A DNA stretch of 64,000 bases from an uncultured archaeon (lineage in GTDB: Archaea; Thermoplasmatota; Penumbrarchaeia; JASLWR01): assembly GCA_964430885.1 (NCBI GenBank), contig CAYSHM010000005.1, positions 64,001 to 128,000 of the forward strand. Direction: 5' to 3'. Within the stretch, counting starts at the first letter, position 1; each line of letters begins with the position of its first letter. A program made the position numbers and the translations under genes. Positions 40,301-50,800 of this stretch are shown piece by piece. The notes below the pieces were generated by a model. It was not told the origin of the DNA. It was given only the letters and a program-made list of their open reading frames with translations, and did not search any database.

Positions 40301-41293
40301 GGCAACTTTGGATACAAAGGGATAATCTCCCTGATAGAACGCATTTTGAGCTCCTAAGAACATCTCTTTTATATCTTCAATATCCACGCCCATGTTATCA
40401 AGCTTCACCAACAATCCCTGGAGGATGGACAACTCGTTTATCGCTTTTTTCATTCTAATATCATTTGTTCTTTTGGCAACATCATCCGAGAGCCGATTCA
40501 ATCTGCTTTTGGCATCATGATATTTCCTTTTGATAATCCTTTTTTTACATACCTGGAGATGTTCCAATTCCCTCTTAACATCAATACCGTCCTTTTCAAG
40601 AGACCTTATGCTCATCTCGACGTCTGATATCCGGAGTTCCAGTTCATTTATGTACTCACTATCCCTAACCGACATCATTTCCTCGATCAATATTTCCGAA
40701 AGTTCTATCGCCTCGTCAAAATCCCCGTCCTTGAGTGCGGTTTTGGCACCTGAATAGCTTATCTTAAAATTCCTAACACTCACACCTTTTTGTTCCAGTG
40801 ACTTAGAATCCATTTCAGAAAGATCATTCAATATCTGGCGGGCTTTAGATAATTTCTGCTGGGCATTCTTTATTTTAATACCGTCCTCAAGACGTTTTAT
40901 GATGGAGCGGCAATTGGAAAGAATCATTTGTGCAGCCTTGAACTTTCCATCCTTCAAGGCTTTGAACCCATCGTTCAGTCTGATACTGATTGCATTGGTA
41001 TTGGCACCCTGATCCTTTAAAAACGAGGTCTCTTTGCGGGTTCTCTCGAACTCCTCCCATACCTTTTCCCTGATAGGTAGGTCCTGTTTACCTTCACCCT
41101 CGAATTTGGGACGAGCATTGGATTCCGCAGGCAAATCAACCGCATGGTTGTCATGATCAGCTGTTTCTTCTGCATGATCCTTTCCTTCACGGGACATGAG
41201 CTTGGATGCAAGATCACTCACTTTGCCGGGAGAAACACCTTCACCTGTCTTCTCCCTCTTTTCAGTGGAATGAATTTTTTTATCACGGTCCAA
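34349..41293 (-). CDS. Giant (2314 aa) soluble alpha-helical repeat protein
   Basis: Recurring ~65-75 aa units of the form L...G(I/V)D....(A)...L..A...L..GD...A throughout; no signal peptide, TM or catalytic motif. Confidence 0.8.
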   Translation of the reverse strand: MDRDKKIHSTEKREKTGEGVSPGKVSDLASKLMSREGKDHAEETADHDNHAVDLPAESNARPKFEGEGKQDLPIREKVWEEFERTRKETSFLKDQGANTNAISIRLNDGFKALKDGKFKAAQMILSNCRSIIKRLEDGIKIKNAQQKLSKARQILNDLSEMDSKSLEQKGVSVRNFKISYSGAKTALKDGDFDEAIELSEILIEEMMSVRDSEYINELELRISDVEMSIRSLEKDGIDVKRELEHLQVCKKRIIKRKYHDAKSRLNRLSDDVAKRTNDIRMKKAINELSILQGLLVKLDNMGVDIEDIKEMFLGAQNAFYQGDYPFVSKVAREGALLSKAKLEKYNVDMIHSRFSLLKESVGAMAANGMDVALLKTKYPHIQEALDRSNVILGRELLGEMEAIIRTRELQENASQAKQLWEEAESRLVKLKKAGLKPVKAEILLRAAEIKLRSDDVESALSTVKRAYKYITEADDEFMKRNHLKTLVEVHSSLKMLERKGIDTSVLEERLMAIKNRIEEGDFKALKALFDNLEKDIADKKRVHLRNSIAGMLDNTERRIEDLRKEDFDLEDVDEMVEDALRLINEDDLDGVRDLLKRIDSSLDIKMQRKKVPVLKERMFSIESEIKKWRNVSMDTSTLEELLSDARASMEKDNIEKASKDVKRAWDIAQRLKGTYQQERILELISESKVIFPELLEAGQDIELMKKELDRVIDLFEAQRYRAAFELSDRVRSMIKSKTNILELFRKLKALREKCRKLGVKGKDILTLDSRLRGITDIFKTGRLDEVRKGLFDIEVDIENEYVSHYWTELDQFRQRLDELTDLGIDVDPLRSFIEKARSRLEKNDHDNAASCISMGWERAKKAYENYISNDLLGKLYDMEDELFDISQLGENVLDMEMKLLEIKRSIGDGAFEKAKTLIERRRADIDDLITELEVKRVCNYLDSTRSMLNNYEIQGLDTEQLAEALVRLDDYYKEGNIKDAKWLMGQMDEICSDLSKALEHKNVKEELESLRREIAHISSLDFDTTLMKTFYEDAKEMFSEGSLDKVKEYCGAAFREARERRREYDFKLAARQLFRIEKVLDFIKDDSQGSVDLADYYGRLDQFKKVSNDKMDDIFVEEVSKLETDIQSLNRDYIKKKAYDSRSKLNELLNYLQEKDGVADHILDLKERADIFLEKEYYDSSIQTYNKAIDSAFSIREKIDLRESLENLSAEMDKASIKGINVKQPEKIVKRVRELYQQGDIQSARSLFESAQNMLDKAKTNYLKSRIKNRMTAVKIYYNELVGLGIPKSSLNRAAENFIRCTEEIKKENWDMGEKLIAESEMHLDSQKYLFNIDTLNKKLEAAVYICIDIEREGVKIAKAKRLLEDMRELLRGREGIDDEEFESISDNIEHALTSAREREHQFRLSRLEIEMEKAETLIDRYQTLDIDMTGPQLLLKKAWECFNNEDTKRGLILVAQSLKSAQNISDTFFKTDSQNLIRELNELMDRTARISGEIDHLRTTFEKGKRLYHSEEYEECTLKLRSLKGICQDLLKAHDYRSRIEYLKTRLLTMKKGKESYLRKVEYIEKLMEEGDFEGAGIKLEETSREIKREFEAHRRKHVSDTIKATRRKVKELGSGGIDQSSSFRYLQKAILMLEEGNLEGAEKAARESLENAVKTRNLRGSQIKAELIGLERAVLNKAKAQKWGEEPVVKLSALLKSMESADEHDLTKIMLIFQDFMEVEEKSQEKWRFDRKLLDVKDYFYNLSPLLPRDIAREIYEQIEKITFIDGKSLQGKGRLNLVNMDDVKDRIIKRTENLINRDIRSINKAIDQMGGVRGLKQMSIEGIEAFEFYSRELDNIPIENQVSRLKVIRSLKELTSMLGRRAMKVALIQRHEKLKMKYAKLSFHSALFVEMDKWLDKADHALGENDVHAAKKHLDKADESLKAAKKMQNRKKARTILETTISEMKRIGVSLERAPSLRDMFSRTKQAAKDGDVSQVRTSCEEMVYFSKELIKRKERESARNAIQDLDAVLSSRSDMVDEEHYRNELNRSERKYSSGDYRYAYSLANKAMDHYNQSMNKYMSEKLQEKYKRGEALVRGTRNKGIDVSQAWSLLTEGRRCMERGEWDLSKELLAESIMVTKQLIRWKNISDMEKESPSWEEKIRALALQGAGTNQLRTQHSRILSHLGNGDLELAMDLKASLIRDIEVAGQGLFKKKIKENINECERLMFEISSFNGDISELKVQVDRSFNLMNQGEVEISYDITKECIEMANQILNGLLRTKAGVIVEATREIIEESRNPEAKEAFVKAKKYYEKGEFRQALELAQDAMRMA

Positions 41294-41401
41294 ACTCTTT
41301 CCTCCAAATACCTTAAGAATAACTCCTCATGATTGATCATATTCAGATCTAAAGCCGAATCCCGGTCATATTAGACCAATTATCTAATCAATACCAATCA
41401 A

Positions 41402-44296
41402 TTAGATGCTCAGGAATACTACGGATATTATGGTTGACAGTACAAGCCATAATACAAATGTGGGCAGCAGTCGTTTTATCAGTATTGACTCCTTGTTCTT
41501 GAGACCAACTGCCGTCGCTATCACTACTGCGTTCATTGGTGAAATCATCTCACCTGCACTCGAACCAAGTACCTGAGCCGCAGCAGTTCTTACGAGTGGC
41601 AACCCCAATGACCCTGCAGCTTCCATATGCAGAGAACCGAAGAGCACATTGGATGTGGTTGTTGAACCAGTAAGTGCTGACCCGCTCATACCTATGGAAG
41701 GAATGAAATACTTGTAAGCACCTCCAACAATATCCACTATTGTGGATGCTATGGAAAAGGTCATGTCAAAATATCTCATGATATTCGCAATGGCCATAAA
41801 TGCGGCAATAGTCAGCATTATGGGAAGGACCTCTTTTCCAGTCTGTTTCAATCCCCGTGCTACCATTCTAGCAGGCTTGATTGAATCAGCCAGACGGCCT
41901 ATCTTTACCCTTTTACCTTCAGGTTCGGTTTCGAATTCTATTTCATCATCGTCATCATCTTCAAATTCCAGCTCGAAATCATCATCGTCATCATCTTCAA
42001 ATTCCAGCTCGAAATCATCATCGTCATCGTCGTCATCAAATGAAACCACAAATTCATCGCCGGCATCTTCAATTATGAATTCTTCATCATTGTCTTCATC
42101 ATCGTCGTCATCCTTAATGTCTATTGAATGGTCCCCTCCATCATTTACCAAAGGCATTCCCATTGACAATGAATGGGTTCTTGTTCTTTTTTTCTTCTTT
42201 TTACGCTTGGGCTCGGTAATGCTTTCAACATCATCTTCCTTCTCATCGACAACTGGTTTTTTCTTCTTCTTTTTCTTTTTCTCTTCATTCTTATCCTGTT
42301 CATCTGAATCTTCATCATCACTTTCATCGGCGGCAGGTCTCTTTCTCTTTTTCTTCTTTGGCTTGACTTCGGCCTCCATATCCCTCTTCTTCACCTTTTT
42401 CCTTTCCCCTTCAACTCCATGGTCCTTTTCACCTGCCCTCTTGGAACCTTTACTCTTTTCCAGAGCTCTCTTTTTTCCTGGGTGTTTTCTCCCATCCGAT
42501 CTTTTATCCTTTTGAGAAGCATCTTTTTTCTTCTCTTTTTTATTCTGCTTATCTTCATCGTCATCAATTGGAGATATCTCATCGGATTCCAGATTTCTTA
42601 TGAAACTACCGTCGAGATCGCTCTCAGGGGAAAAACTAGCTGCGATTTTTACAAACAATGGAACTGTGATTGCGACTATAAGAAGAATCGTTCCAGGCGA
42701 ATAAAGCGGGGAGAACATCATGACCTTCCCTTCCGAAACTGTGTCAAAGGGAACGCTCAAGGTCATAAAATCTGCCGTGAGAAGACCCTTCAACGGCATT
42801 AAAAGACGTGTGACCAGCAGGATGAGGACCATGAAGCCCATTGACCAGAAATAAGGCCGAGCCAATAAGGTATTCTTGGGTTTGATCGATCCGCTGTCCT
42901 TTCCTGATTTCTTCTTCTCATCACCCCATCCAAGTATCCCCTTCTCCTTTTCGTTTAGCTTCTTCACAGATACTAATTTCTCATAGAGTATAACAAATAA
43001 CAGGGTCGCGCCACCGGCAATGATTGTTGGAAGTTCGGGGCCAGTGAAGTAGGCTACCAGGGCCTGTATAGTTCCGTATACCGCCCCCATTCCCATGAGC
43101 AGGACTATATCTTCCCTGAGGTCCGGATCCTTGAAGTCTGCAAGGGGGCCCTGTTTGGTGTATACCAGGCTCATTATCAGAGGGGCAGGGATACAGAGTA
43201 TTATCATATAGATCCCTATCCATCCTGAAAGGTCCATAAGGGCTAGTCCAGTAACTTCTTTTAGTGCTATAATGCTTACCCCGAGAAGTCCGAACACTGA
43301 AGATATTGAATTACCAAAAAGACAGAGGACTCCAACACCCACTCTGTTAAATCCCAAAGATACCAGCATGATGGCGGCAATAACAAAATTTGAACCGGCT
43401 GGGGCCACTGTTGCCATGATCAGAGCAAAGCAGAAACCTATAAGCAGGATCTGGTGCTGTTTATCTGTAGATATCGATTTGAAATCCTCCTTCAACTGTT
43501 CCATGGCACCTACCTTTTCCAGCATCTTAAGGAAGAAGAAAGCACCAAATATGGCATAGATGTAATCTAATCCACCCCATAGGGCCGAATATAATATGGT
43601 GGCCACTATCTTCTCAAAGGCGGCACCTACCTCCAATTCCTGTCTGAAAAATACCAATGCCAGTATAATAGTTATTCCCAGAGCGCAGGGGGCCACTATC
43701 TTTGAGGAAATCCTAAATACCAGAATCATGAAAAATACAAAAACCAAAGGAATAATCGCTATCAACGCCAGATACCATTCAAATTCATCATCCTCTTCAT
43801 CACCGATGAAACCGCTAAGGTCAAGTATTACCTGATTATCGTTCTTAGAAGGATCTATAATATCTTCATCTGTTTCCGGTGCCAGACTTATCCTTATTCG
43901 CATTCGGCTTACTGATGTATTGTCAATTTCAAGGAACACGCCTATGTTATCCTCAGGTTTATCGCTTTGGAGAGTTTCATTATATATTGTTCTCCAAAGA
44001 CCTCCGTCATTACCATGGTCCAAATCAACAAAAATGGATATGTCAGTCCCCATATGGTTCCTGATTGTAACGATAATCTCCAAGGTCTTTTCGGGATCCA
44101 CATTTTCTGTAACCTTGTTTCCCTTAACTGTCAGGGTCTTCTGATCCTGCCTCAAGGTCACTTCCTTGATGGCAATGTTATTCTCAAGGGATTCGGATTC
44201 TTCCTGACCTAGTACAAAGGGAACGGACGATAATAATATCAGCAGGACCAATAAAATTGGAATGTAAATCTTTCTTAAATATACCATCAAATACAC
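41402..44296 (-). CDS. Divergent L-lactate permease (LctP) family transporter with N-terminal extracellular domain and large charged insertion
   Basis: GAFFFLKMLEKVGAM..ISTDKQHQILLIGFCF, GPELPTI, SPGTILL, LTGSTTTSNVLFGSLH, GEMISP match LctP-type motifs; ~250-aa D/E/K-rich insert. Confidence 0.75.
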   Translation of the reverse strand: MYLMVYLRKIYIPILLVLLILLSSVPFVLGQEESESLENNIAIKEVTLRQDQKTLTVKGNKVTENVDPEKTLEIIVTIRNHMGTDISIFVDLDHGNDGGLWRTIYNETLQSDKPEDNIGVFLEIDNTSVSRMRIRISLAPETDEDIIDPSKNDNQVILDLSGFIGDEEDDEFEWYLALIAIIPLVFVFFMILVFRISSKIVAPCALGITIILALVFFRQELEVGAAFEKIVATILYSALWGGLDYIYAIFGAFFFLKMLEKVGAMEQLKEDFKSISTDKQHQILLIGFCFALIMATVAPAGSNFVIAAIMLVSLGFNRVGVGVLCLFGNSISSVFGLLGVSIIALKEVTGLALMDLSGWIGIYMIILCIPAPLIMSLVYTKQGPLADFKDPDLREDIVLLMGMGAVYGTIQALVAYFTGPELPTIIAGGATLLFVILYEKLVSVKKLNEKEKGILGWGDEKKKSGKDSGSIKPKNTLLARPYFWSMGFMVLILLVTRLLMPLKGLLTADFMTLSVPFDTVSEGKVMMFSPLYSPGTILLIVAITVPLFVKIAASFSPESDLDGSFIRNLESDEISPIDDDEDKQNKKEKKKDASQKDKRSDGRKHPGKKRALEKSKGSKRAGEKDHGVEGERKKVKKRDMEAEVKPKKKKRKRPAADESDDEDSDEQDKNEEKKKKKKKKPVVDEKEDDVESITEPKRKKKKKRTRTHSLSMGMPLVNDGGDHSIDIKDDDDDEDNDEEFIIEDAGDEFVVSFDDDDDDDDFELEFEDDDDDDFELEFEDDDDDEIEFETEPEGKRVKIGRLADSIKPARMVARGLKQTGKEVLPIMLTIAAFMAIANIMRYFDMTFSIASTIVDIVGGAYKYFIPSIGMSGSALTGSTTTSNVLFGSLHMEAAGSLGLPLVRTAAAQVLGSSAGEMISPMNAVVIATAVGLKNKESILIKRLLPTFVLWLVLSTIISVVFLSI
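41943..42028. repeat. 36-bp coding tandem repeat x2.4 (DDDDDDFELEFE)
   Basis: TCATCATCGTCATCATCTTCAAATTCCAGCTCGAAA at 41943 and 41979, plus a partial copy. Confidence 0.9.
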
Positions 44297-44546
44297 CGGG
44301 ATTAGTTTTTAGAAGGTTATATAATACCAAAATCTGTACAGTTTTGGATTTATAAGGTTATCTCACTGAAATAATTATTGGTTTTATTAAAGTTTTTCCA
44401 GATATATTCCCTACTAAATACTCCTCTTGATAAAATAAGCATCATGCCGTTTGCGATAATTGATACGGCATATTGGAATATTTAATCAAACTCAAGGATC
44501 CTTTCGGGACTCCCACGGAAGCCCCCTAATCTAGACTAAATATGCA

Positions 44547-44597
44547 TCATACTATATACCAGCCCAATCTATAATATACAATAATTATATAGTATGA
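44547..44597. promoter_or_regulatory. 12-bp perfect inverted repeat in the divergent permease/PKS intergenic region
   Basis: TCATACTATATA (44547-44558), N27, TATATAGTATGA (44586-44597). Confidence 0.35.
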
Positions 44598-44863
44598 AAT
44601 ATTAACTACCTCGGCCCAAAGGCTTAATATTGATTTGAATGGAATATGTTAATTATTGAAGATATTATTAGATCAAGAATGATGAAAGAAAATAATGCCA
44701 GTTGAATTGGTTTTTCGACCAAATAGAGAAACAAATTCCTTCCCTGGATCATGAAGTAATAATTAAAAGCATTTTAAATGTCATAATATTGCCTCGAATA
44801 TTTGAACAAAAACGTTAAGGAATTCATGTGATAAGCTCTTAATCAAAGCTGGAAGCGGCCAAG

Positions 44864-47800
44864 GTGTTGAAAATGGGTAAGAAGAACAGAAAGGATATTG
44901 AAAAGGAGGTCCTGTCAATAGTAAGCGAGAAAACAGGATACCCCATCGATATGATTGATATCGAACATGATATGGAAGCCGACTTGGGTATAGATACTGT
45001 CAAACAGGTAGAGCTTTTTGGTGCTGTCAGAGAAAATTACAATCTTCAAGAGGAAGAAGGCGTCAATCTTTCCGAATATGCTTCTATTAAGGATGTAGTC
45101 CAGTTCATTGTGGATAAACTCGGCATTCCCGAGATGTCTGAGGTAGATGCAGGTGAGGAAGAAGGTGCGGAATCGGAAGCAATGACCTCAGAGGAAGTGA
45201 AAAAAGATGAGGGTGAGGGTAGCAAAAGCGCACCAGTTCAAAAACATACAGTAAACATCATTGAAACTGAACGGGATAGGGATGAAATAACTTCCTATAT
45301 CCATAGCTCCTTGGAACCCATAGCCGTAGTAGGCTTGGGCGGAATTTTTCCCGATTCAAACAGCATAACTGAATTTTGGCAAAATATAATTGAGGGGAAG
45401 GATTCCATTGACGAAATACCTGAAGATAGATGGGACATCTCAACCTTCTATGATCCCGACTCTAAAACCTCTAAGAACAAGAGTTATACAAAAATAGGGG
45501 CTTTCGTAAAGGATTTTGAGTTCAATTCCATAGATTTCCGTATTCCTCCAAATATTATCAAGCACATCGATCCCGTTCAGCTCTGGACCCTTGCAGCTAC
45601 AAAGGAAGCTTGGGAGGATGCAGGTCTACATAAGAAGGATGTGGCCCGGGATAGGGTCAGTGTTATTCTAGCCAATGCCCAGGGTGGAGAACATCGAGAC
45701 ACGAACAGCAGTTTGGTATATCTGTACGACTTCATCAGGGCAATGGAAAAAAGCTCGGTCTTCAGTAACATGAAAAAGGCAGAGCGGAAAATCAAGGTGG
45801 AAGCCATAGAAAAGGAATTCATGAAGAACATGCCCGAGATAAATGAGGACACAATGCCTGGTGAATTATCGAACATTGTTGCATCTCGAGTTGCAAATAG
45901 ATTTGATTTCTTCGGCCCTTCATTCACCTGTGATGCAGCATGTGCTTCCTCCTTTGCCGCCATAGACACAGCAGTGAAATATTTGAGGGAAGGTGATGCG
46001 GACATTCTTATTACTGGAGGAGCTGACCGGAGCATGAATCCATCCACCTATGTGAAATTCTGCAAGATAGGAGTCCTGTCAAAGACCGGCAGCCGCCCCT
46101 TCGATGCAAAGGCCGACGGTTTCGTCATGGGTGAAGGAGCAGGTATTTTAGTACTGAAAAGGCTTTCAGATGCTATAAAGGACCTGGATAAGGTCTATGC
46201 GGTAATCAGAGGTATTGGTGCTTCCAGCGATGGCAAATCCAAAGGTATCACCGCTCCAAATCCCCTTGGGCAGAAGAAGGCGATAGAGAGAGCTTATGAA
46301 AAAGCAGGATATGACCTCAGCACTGTTTCCCTTATCGAAGCTCACGGTACCTCCACAGTAGTAGGTGATGCTACCGAGCTGAAGACATTGGCAGACATTT
46401 GGAGCGGAAAGGGATTCCAGAAACAGAGTGTTGGAATAGGATCCATCAAGTCGCAGATAGGTCATCTGAAAAGCGCGGCTGGGGCCGCAGGACTTATCAA
46501 AATGATATTGGCCCTTCATCACAATACCTTGGCACCTACTATTAACTATAAGGAAGCCAATCCTAATGTCAATCTTGATGAAACTCCATTCTTCGTAGTA
46601 ACCGAACCTCGAAAATGGGAAAGACCAAGAATTAAAGGGGAATTGATTCCCAGGAGAGCCGGCGTAAGTGCTTTCGGTTTTGGCGGGTCCAATTTCCATG
46701 TGACATTGGAGGAATTTACTGGCAATTATCCGGATCTGACTGCTGGAATTGAGAGTACAAAACCAACCCATAGCCCTGAAAAAGTAATTGATCCTGAGCT
46801 TTATCTTAAGGAACACTCGGATATGGAGGGTGATGTCATAAGCATATCCGCGGATTCTCTTGATGAACTTAAGGCTCAGGCCCAAACCCTATCATCAGAC
46901 TTGAAGAAAGCCCTTAAGGATGAAGGAGAATACTTCCGATTGGCATCATTTGCATATGATATCAATCGGATATTGGATTCCGATAAAATACGGACTTTTA
47001 GACTAGCGGTTTCTGCTCAGAAAGGGAAAGAGATGGCGGATCTGTTCCTGCTGGCAGCTGAGAACGTGCACAGCACGGAAAGGATGGCAATGCTGGAAAA
47101 CAAGGGTATATTTTTCAGCAATCCTGACATATTGACTGAACTCGGACATTTAAAAGATGGTGTTGTCCATCCTCCGAAAACAGGCTTCGTTTTCCCTGGC
47201 CAGGGATCGCAGTATATCAATATGCTGAGGGATGTGAGCAATAAGTTTAGAGCTGTAGAAGACACCTTCATTGAATCTGATGAAATAATGACTGATATTA
47301 TCGGCGAACCCCTTACAAATATAATCTTTTCAGATGAACATGATTCAGAACAAGATGTTAAAAGAAAACAGAACAGGATGACTGATACGGAAATTACCCA
47401 GCCTGCAATGATTACTGGTGATATTGCACTGTACCGATTATTCAAAATGTACGATCTGGAACCTGCTGCGGTAGCCGGGCATTCCCTTGGAGAATACGGT
47501 GCATTAGTGGCTTCTGAGGTCATGGATTTCAAAAACGCGCTTTTGGCCTCATCGGCAAGGGGAAGGGAGATGGCGAACATCGAGATCGAAGACAAGGGCA
47601 AGATGGCCTCGGTGGCTGCCGGAGAAAAGGAAGTTCAGGAAATTTTGGATTCCATCGACGGCTATGTAATAGTAGCTAATAAGAATTCCTACAGCGAGAG
47701 TGTGATTTCAGGAGCTTCCAAAGCCGTGGAAGAAGCTGTGGAGAAACTCAATAAAAAAGGCATCAATACGATTTGGCTGCCCGTGTCCCATGCATTCCAT

Positions 47801-50800
47801 TCTGAAATCGTTGCTCCGGCCAAGGTTCCGCTGAGAAATTTCCTTGAGAATCGGGAATTTCATTCGCCTTCAATCCCTGTTCTTACAAATGTGGACGGCA
47901 GCTTCTACCCCACAGGTAGAAATGTCAAGGGCAGGGTAATCGACATTCTAGTTGATCAGATCGCAGGAGCTGTGGAATGGGTTAAGGAAATGGAAGCATT
48001 CTATAATGAATTGGACATACGATTCTTTGTGGAAGTTGGAACAAAAAGGGCTCTGACTACAACCATCAATCACATATTCCATAACAGACCGCATAAGGCT
48101 GTCCTGACCAACCATCCTAAAAAGGGGGGACTGAGGACCTTCAATGAAGCTTTGGCGCATCTTAGTGCCTGCGGTGTGAAGATCAAATGGCCGGCCCCTG
48201 ATAACCGCACAGTCTATACCGATCTATTTGTGGATGCAGGAATGGAGTTGAAAAAGAAGGTTCAGGTGCAAAAAAGGGCAGTCATATCACCTCCGGTGAG
48301 TCAAAGGAGAGAAGGAAACTATACAGAAGAGATCCAAACTGTAGTGCCGGTAGATACTACTATATCCGCTCCATCTTCGATGGATATATTGTTGGACATC
48401 AAACCCAAGAACCATATAGCTGGTATTGATGAAACTGCCTATAAGGATTTCATTCAAACCGAAGGCCAGGAACTATTGGAAATAATCAATGACAGATTCA
48501 GGAAATTCCAGGCAAGCAGGGGTGGAGAACTTCTCAACCGCATTAGATCTTTAGGTCTCTATCTTGGGTCGGTTTCCATCTCAGGTACTGGAATAGGGCT
48601 GCCAGGAAAAGGAAAAAGGGTTTTCTCGACCTCAAATGTGGATAAAATCCTTCAGGGCGGAAATTTTATAGATAGACTATCTGAAGAACAGATGAAAAAG
48701 ATGTGCGATAAGAACATCATCCGGCTCCTCAAGATGCCTGACGGCGATGCAAAAATGATACCTATAGATAATATTGACCAGGTCATCAAGTTTGCCGGGC
48801 TTAGGGGTGATTTCGATGTGGTCGAGGAATACGGTGTTGAAGTGAGTATTGCCGGAGCCCTTGACATTACCTCCAAATTGGCCATTGCCGCCGGAATTGA
48901 GGCTTTAAGGGATGCTGGGATACCCTTGGTCAAGGAATATTATACCACTTCAACGGGAACATATCTTCCCAACAAATGGGTGCTGCCCGAACCCCTTCAG
49001 GAAGGGACTGGTGTAATATTCGCTTCAGCTTTCCCAGGATATGATAATCTGATAGATGAGATATCCCGTTATCTAGCCCACAAATTCACCTCAAGATCAG
49101 CTATTGAAAAAGAGGGACTCTATGAAGATATCCTTGAGCAGATAAATGATAAGAAAATCAAAGAGCAATTGAGGGATTGGATAAGCAAAAATAGAATTAG
49201 GCAGGAGGATGAATACAGGGAAGAGGAAGAATATAAGTTCAACCGGAAATTCCTATGGAGGGTCCTCTCAATGGGTCATTCCCAATTCGCCCAGTTCATA
49301 AAGGCAAAGGGACCCAATACACAGGTGAACGCCGCCTGCTCATCCACAACCCAAACCTTCAGCATCGCCGAGGATTGGATCAGAACAGGCAGGGCTGAGA
49401 GAGTGATAATAATTGCTGCTGATGATGCTACCTCTGAAAATATGCTCCAGTATGTAGGCAGCGGATTTATAGCAATCGGAGCTGCAACTGTAAAGGACAA
49501 ACTTGAGGAAGCGGCACTGCCCTTTGACAGAAGGAGGAACGGCCTTATAGTCGGGATGGGTGCTGCGGGATTCGTAGTAGAAAGAAAAGAGGACATTCTT
49601 AGAAGAGGAATGAAACCCGCAGTGGATCTCCTAGGAACATACCTTTCCAACAGCGCTTATCATGGTTCAAGTCTCGATGTTGAACATATTACTTCTGAAC
49701 TTGAGAACTTCATCAGAAGGGTGGAAAGAGCTAACAATCTCAACAGGAACGACATAACAAAAAATATGCTATTCATGTCCCATGAAACCTTCACTCCTGC
49801 CAGGGGCGGAAGCGCAGATGCGGAGATGGACAGCTTGCGACGTGTGTTCCCTGACACCTACAGAAATATCATTGTAACCAATACCAAGGGCTATACGGGA
49901 CATGCACAGGGCGCAGGTATAGAGGACGCAATAGCCATAAAGGCCCTTCAGCACGGCAGAACCCCGCCTATCGCAAATCTCATGGAACCCGATCCTAATC
50001 TGGGGGACATCAAGCTGTCCAAGGGAGGAAAACATCCATTCGAATACGCCTTAAGGCTGGCTGCCGGGTTCGGCTCTCAGGTTGCTTTCAATCTGCTGAA
50101 ACTTCAATCAAGAGAAGGAGAAAGGATGGCCGATGAAATAACCTATCAGAACTGGCTTAAGGAGATATCCGGACTTGAACAGGTGGAAACCGAGGTTGCC
50201 CATAATACCCTTAGAATAAAGGACGTAGGGCCTGGAAGGATCGTCAGTAAAAGACCGGTATCCAAGGTAAAAAATCTTTCAAGGGACGATTCTATTTCTT
50301 CGGAACAGAGAAGTCAAAAGAGCAGTATTCCGGAAGGAGAGGAAATAATAACCGCTAAAAGCAATGATGAGAGGGGGCAAATAACCGAAGAAGTTATGGA
50401 GATGGTTGCCGAAAAAACAGGTTATCCCGTGGATATGCTGGAACCGGATCTGGATATGGAAGCAGACCTGGGTATCGACACTGTAAAACAAGTGGAGCTC
50501 TTCGGTGCTATCAGGGAAAATTATAACCTGGAACAGGAGGAAGGGGTCAATCTCTCGGACTACGATACTCTGGACGGCATCGTTGAATACATTTATTCCA
50601 GATTGCTGAAGGAAGGGAAAATTGTTGAGGAGGCAATTCCAAAAGGGGAAGAGTTAGCCGTTCAAACGGAATCAGGGGAATCAAAGCTGCATTTAAAAGT
50701 GGAGCGGAAGGTTCTTGAGATAGTAGCTGAAAAAACAGGATACCCTGTTGATATGCTGGAACCAGATCTGGATATGGAAGCAGACCTGGGTATCGACACT

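Noticed and set aside
34349-41293. SMC/Rad50 annotation for the giant helical protein
   Set aside because: No Walker A/B, signature motif, hinge or zinc hook seen.
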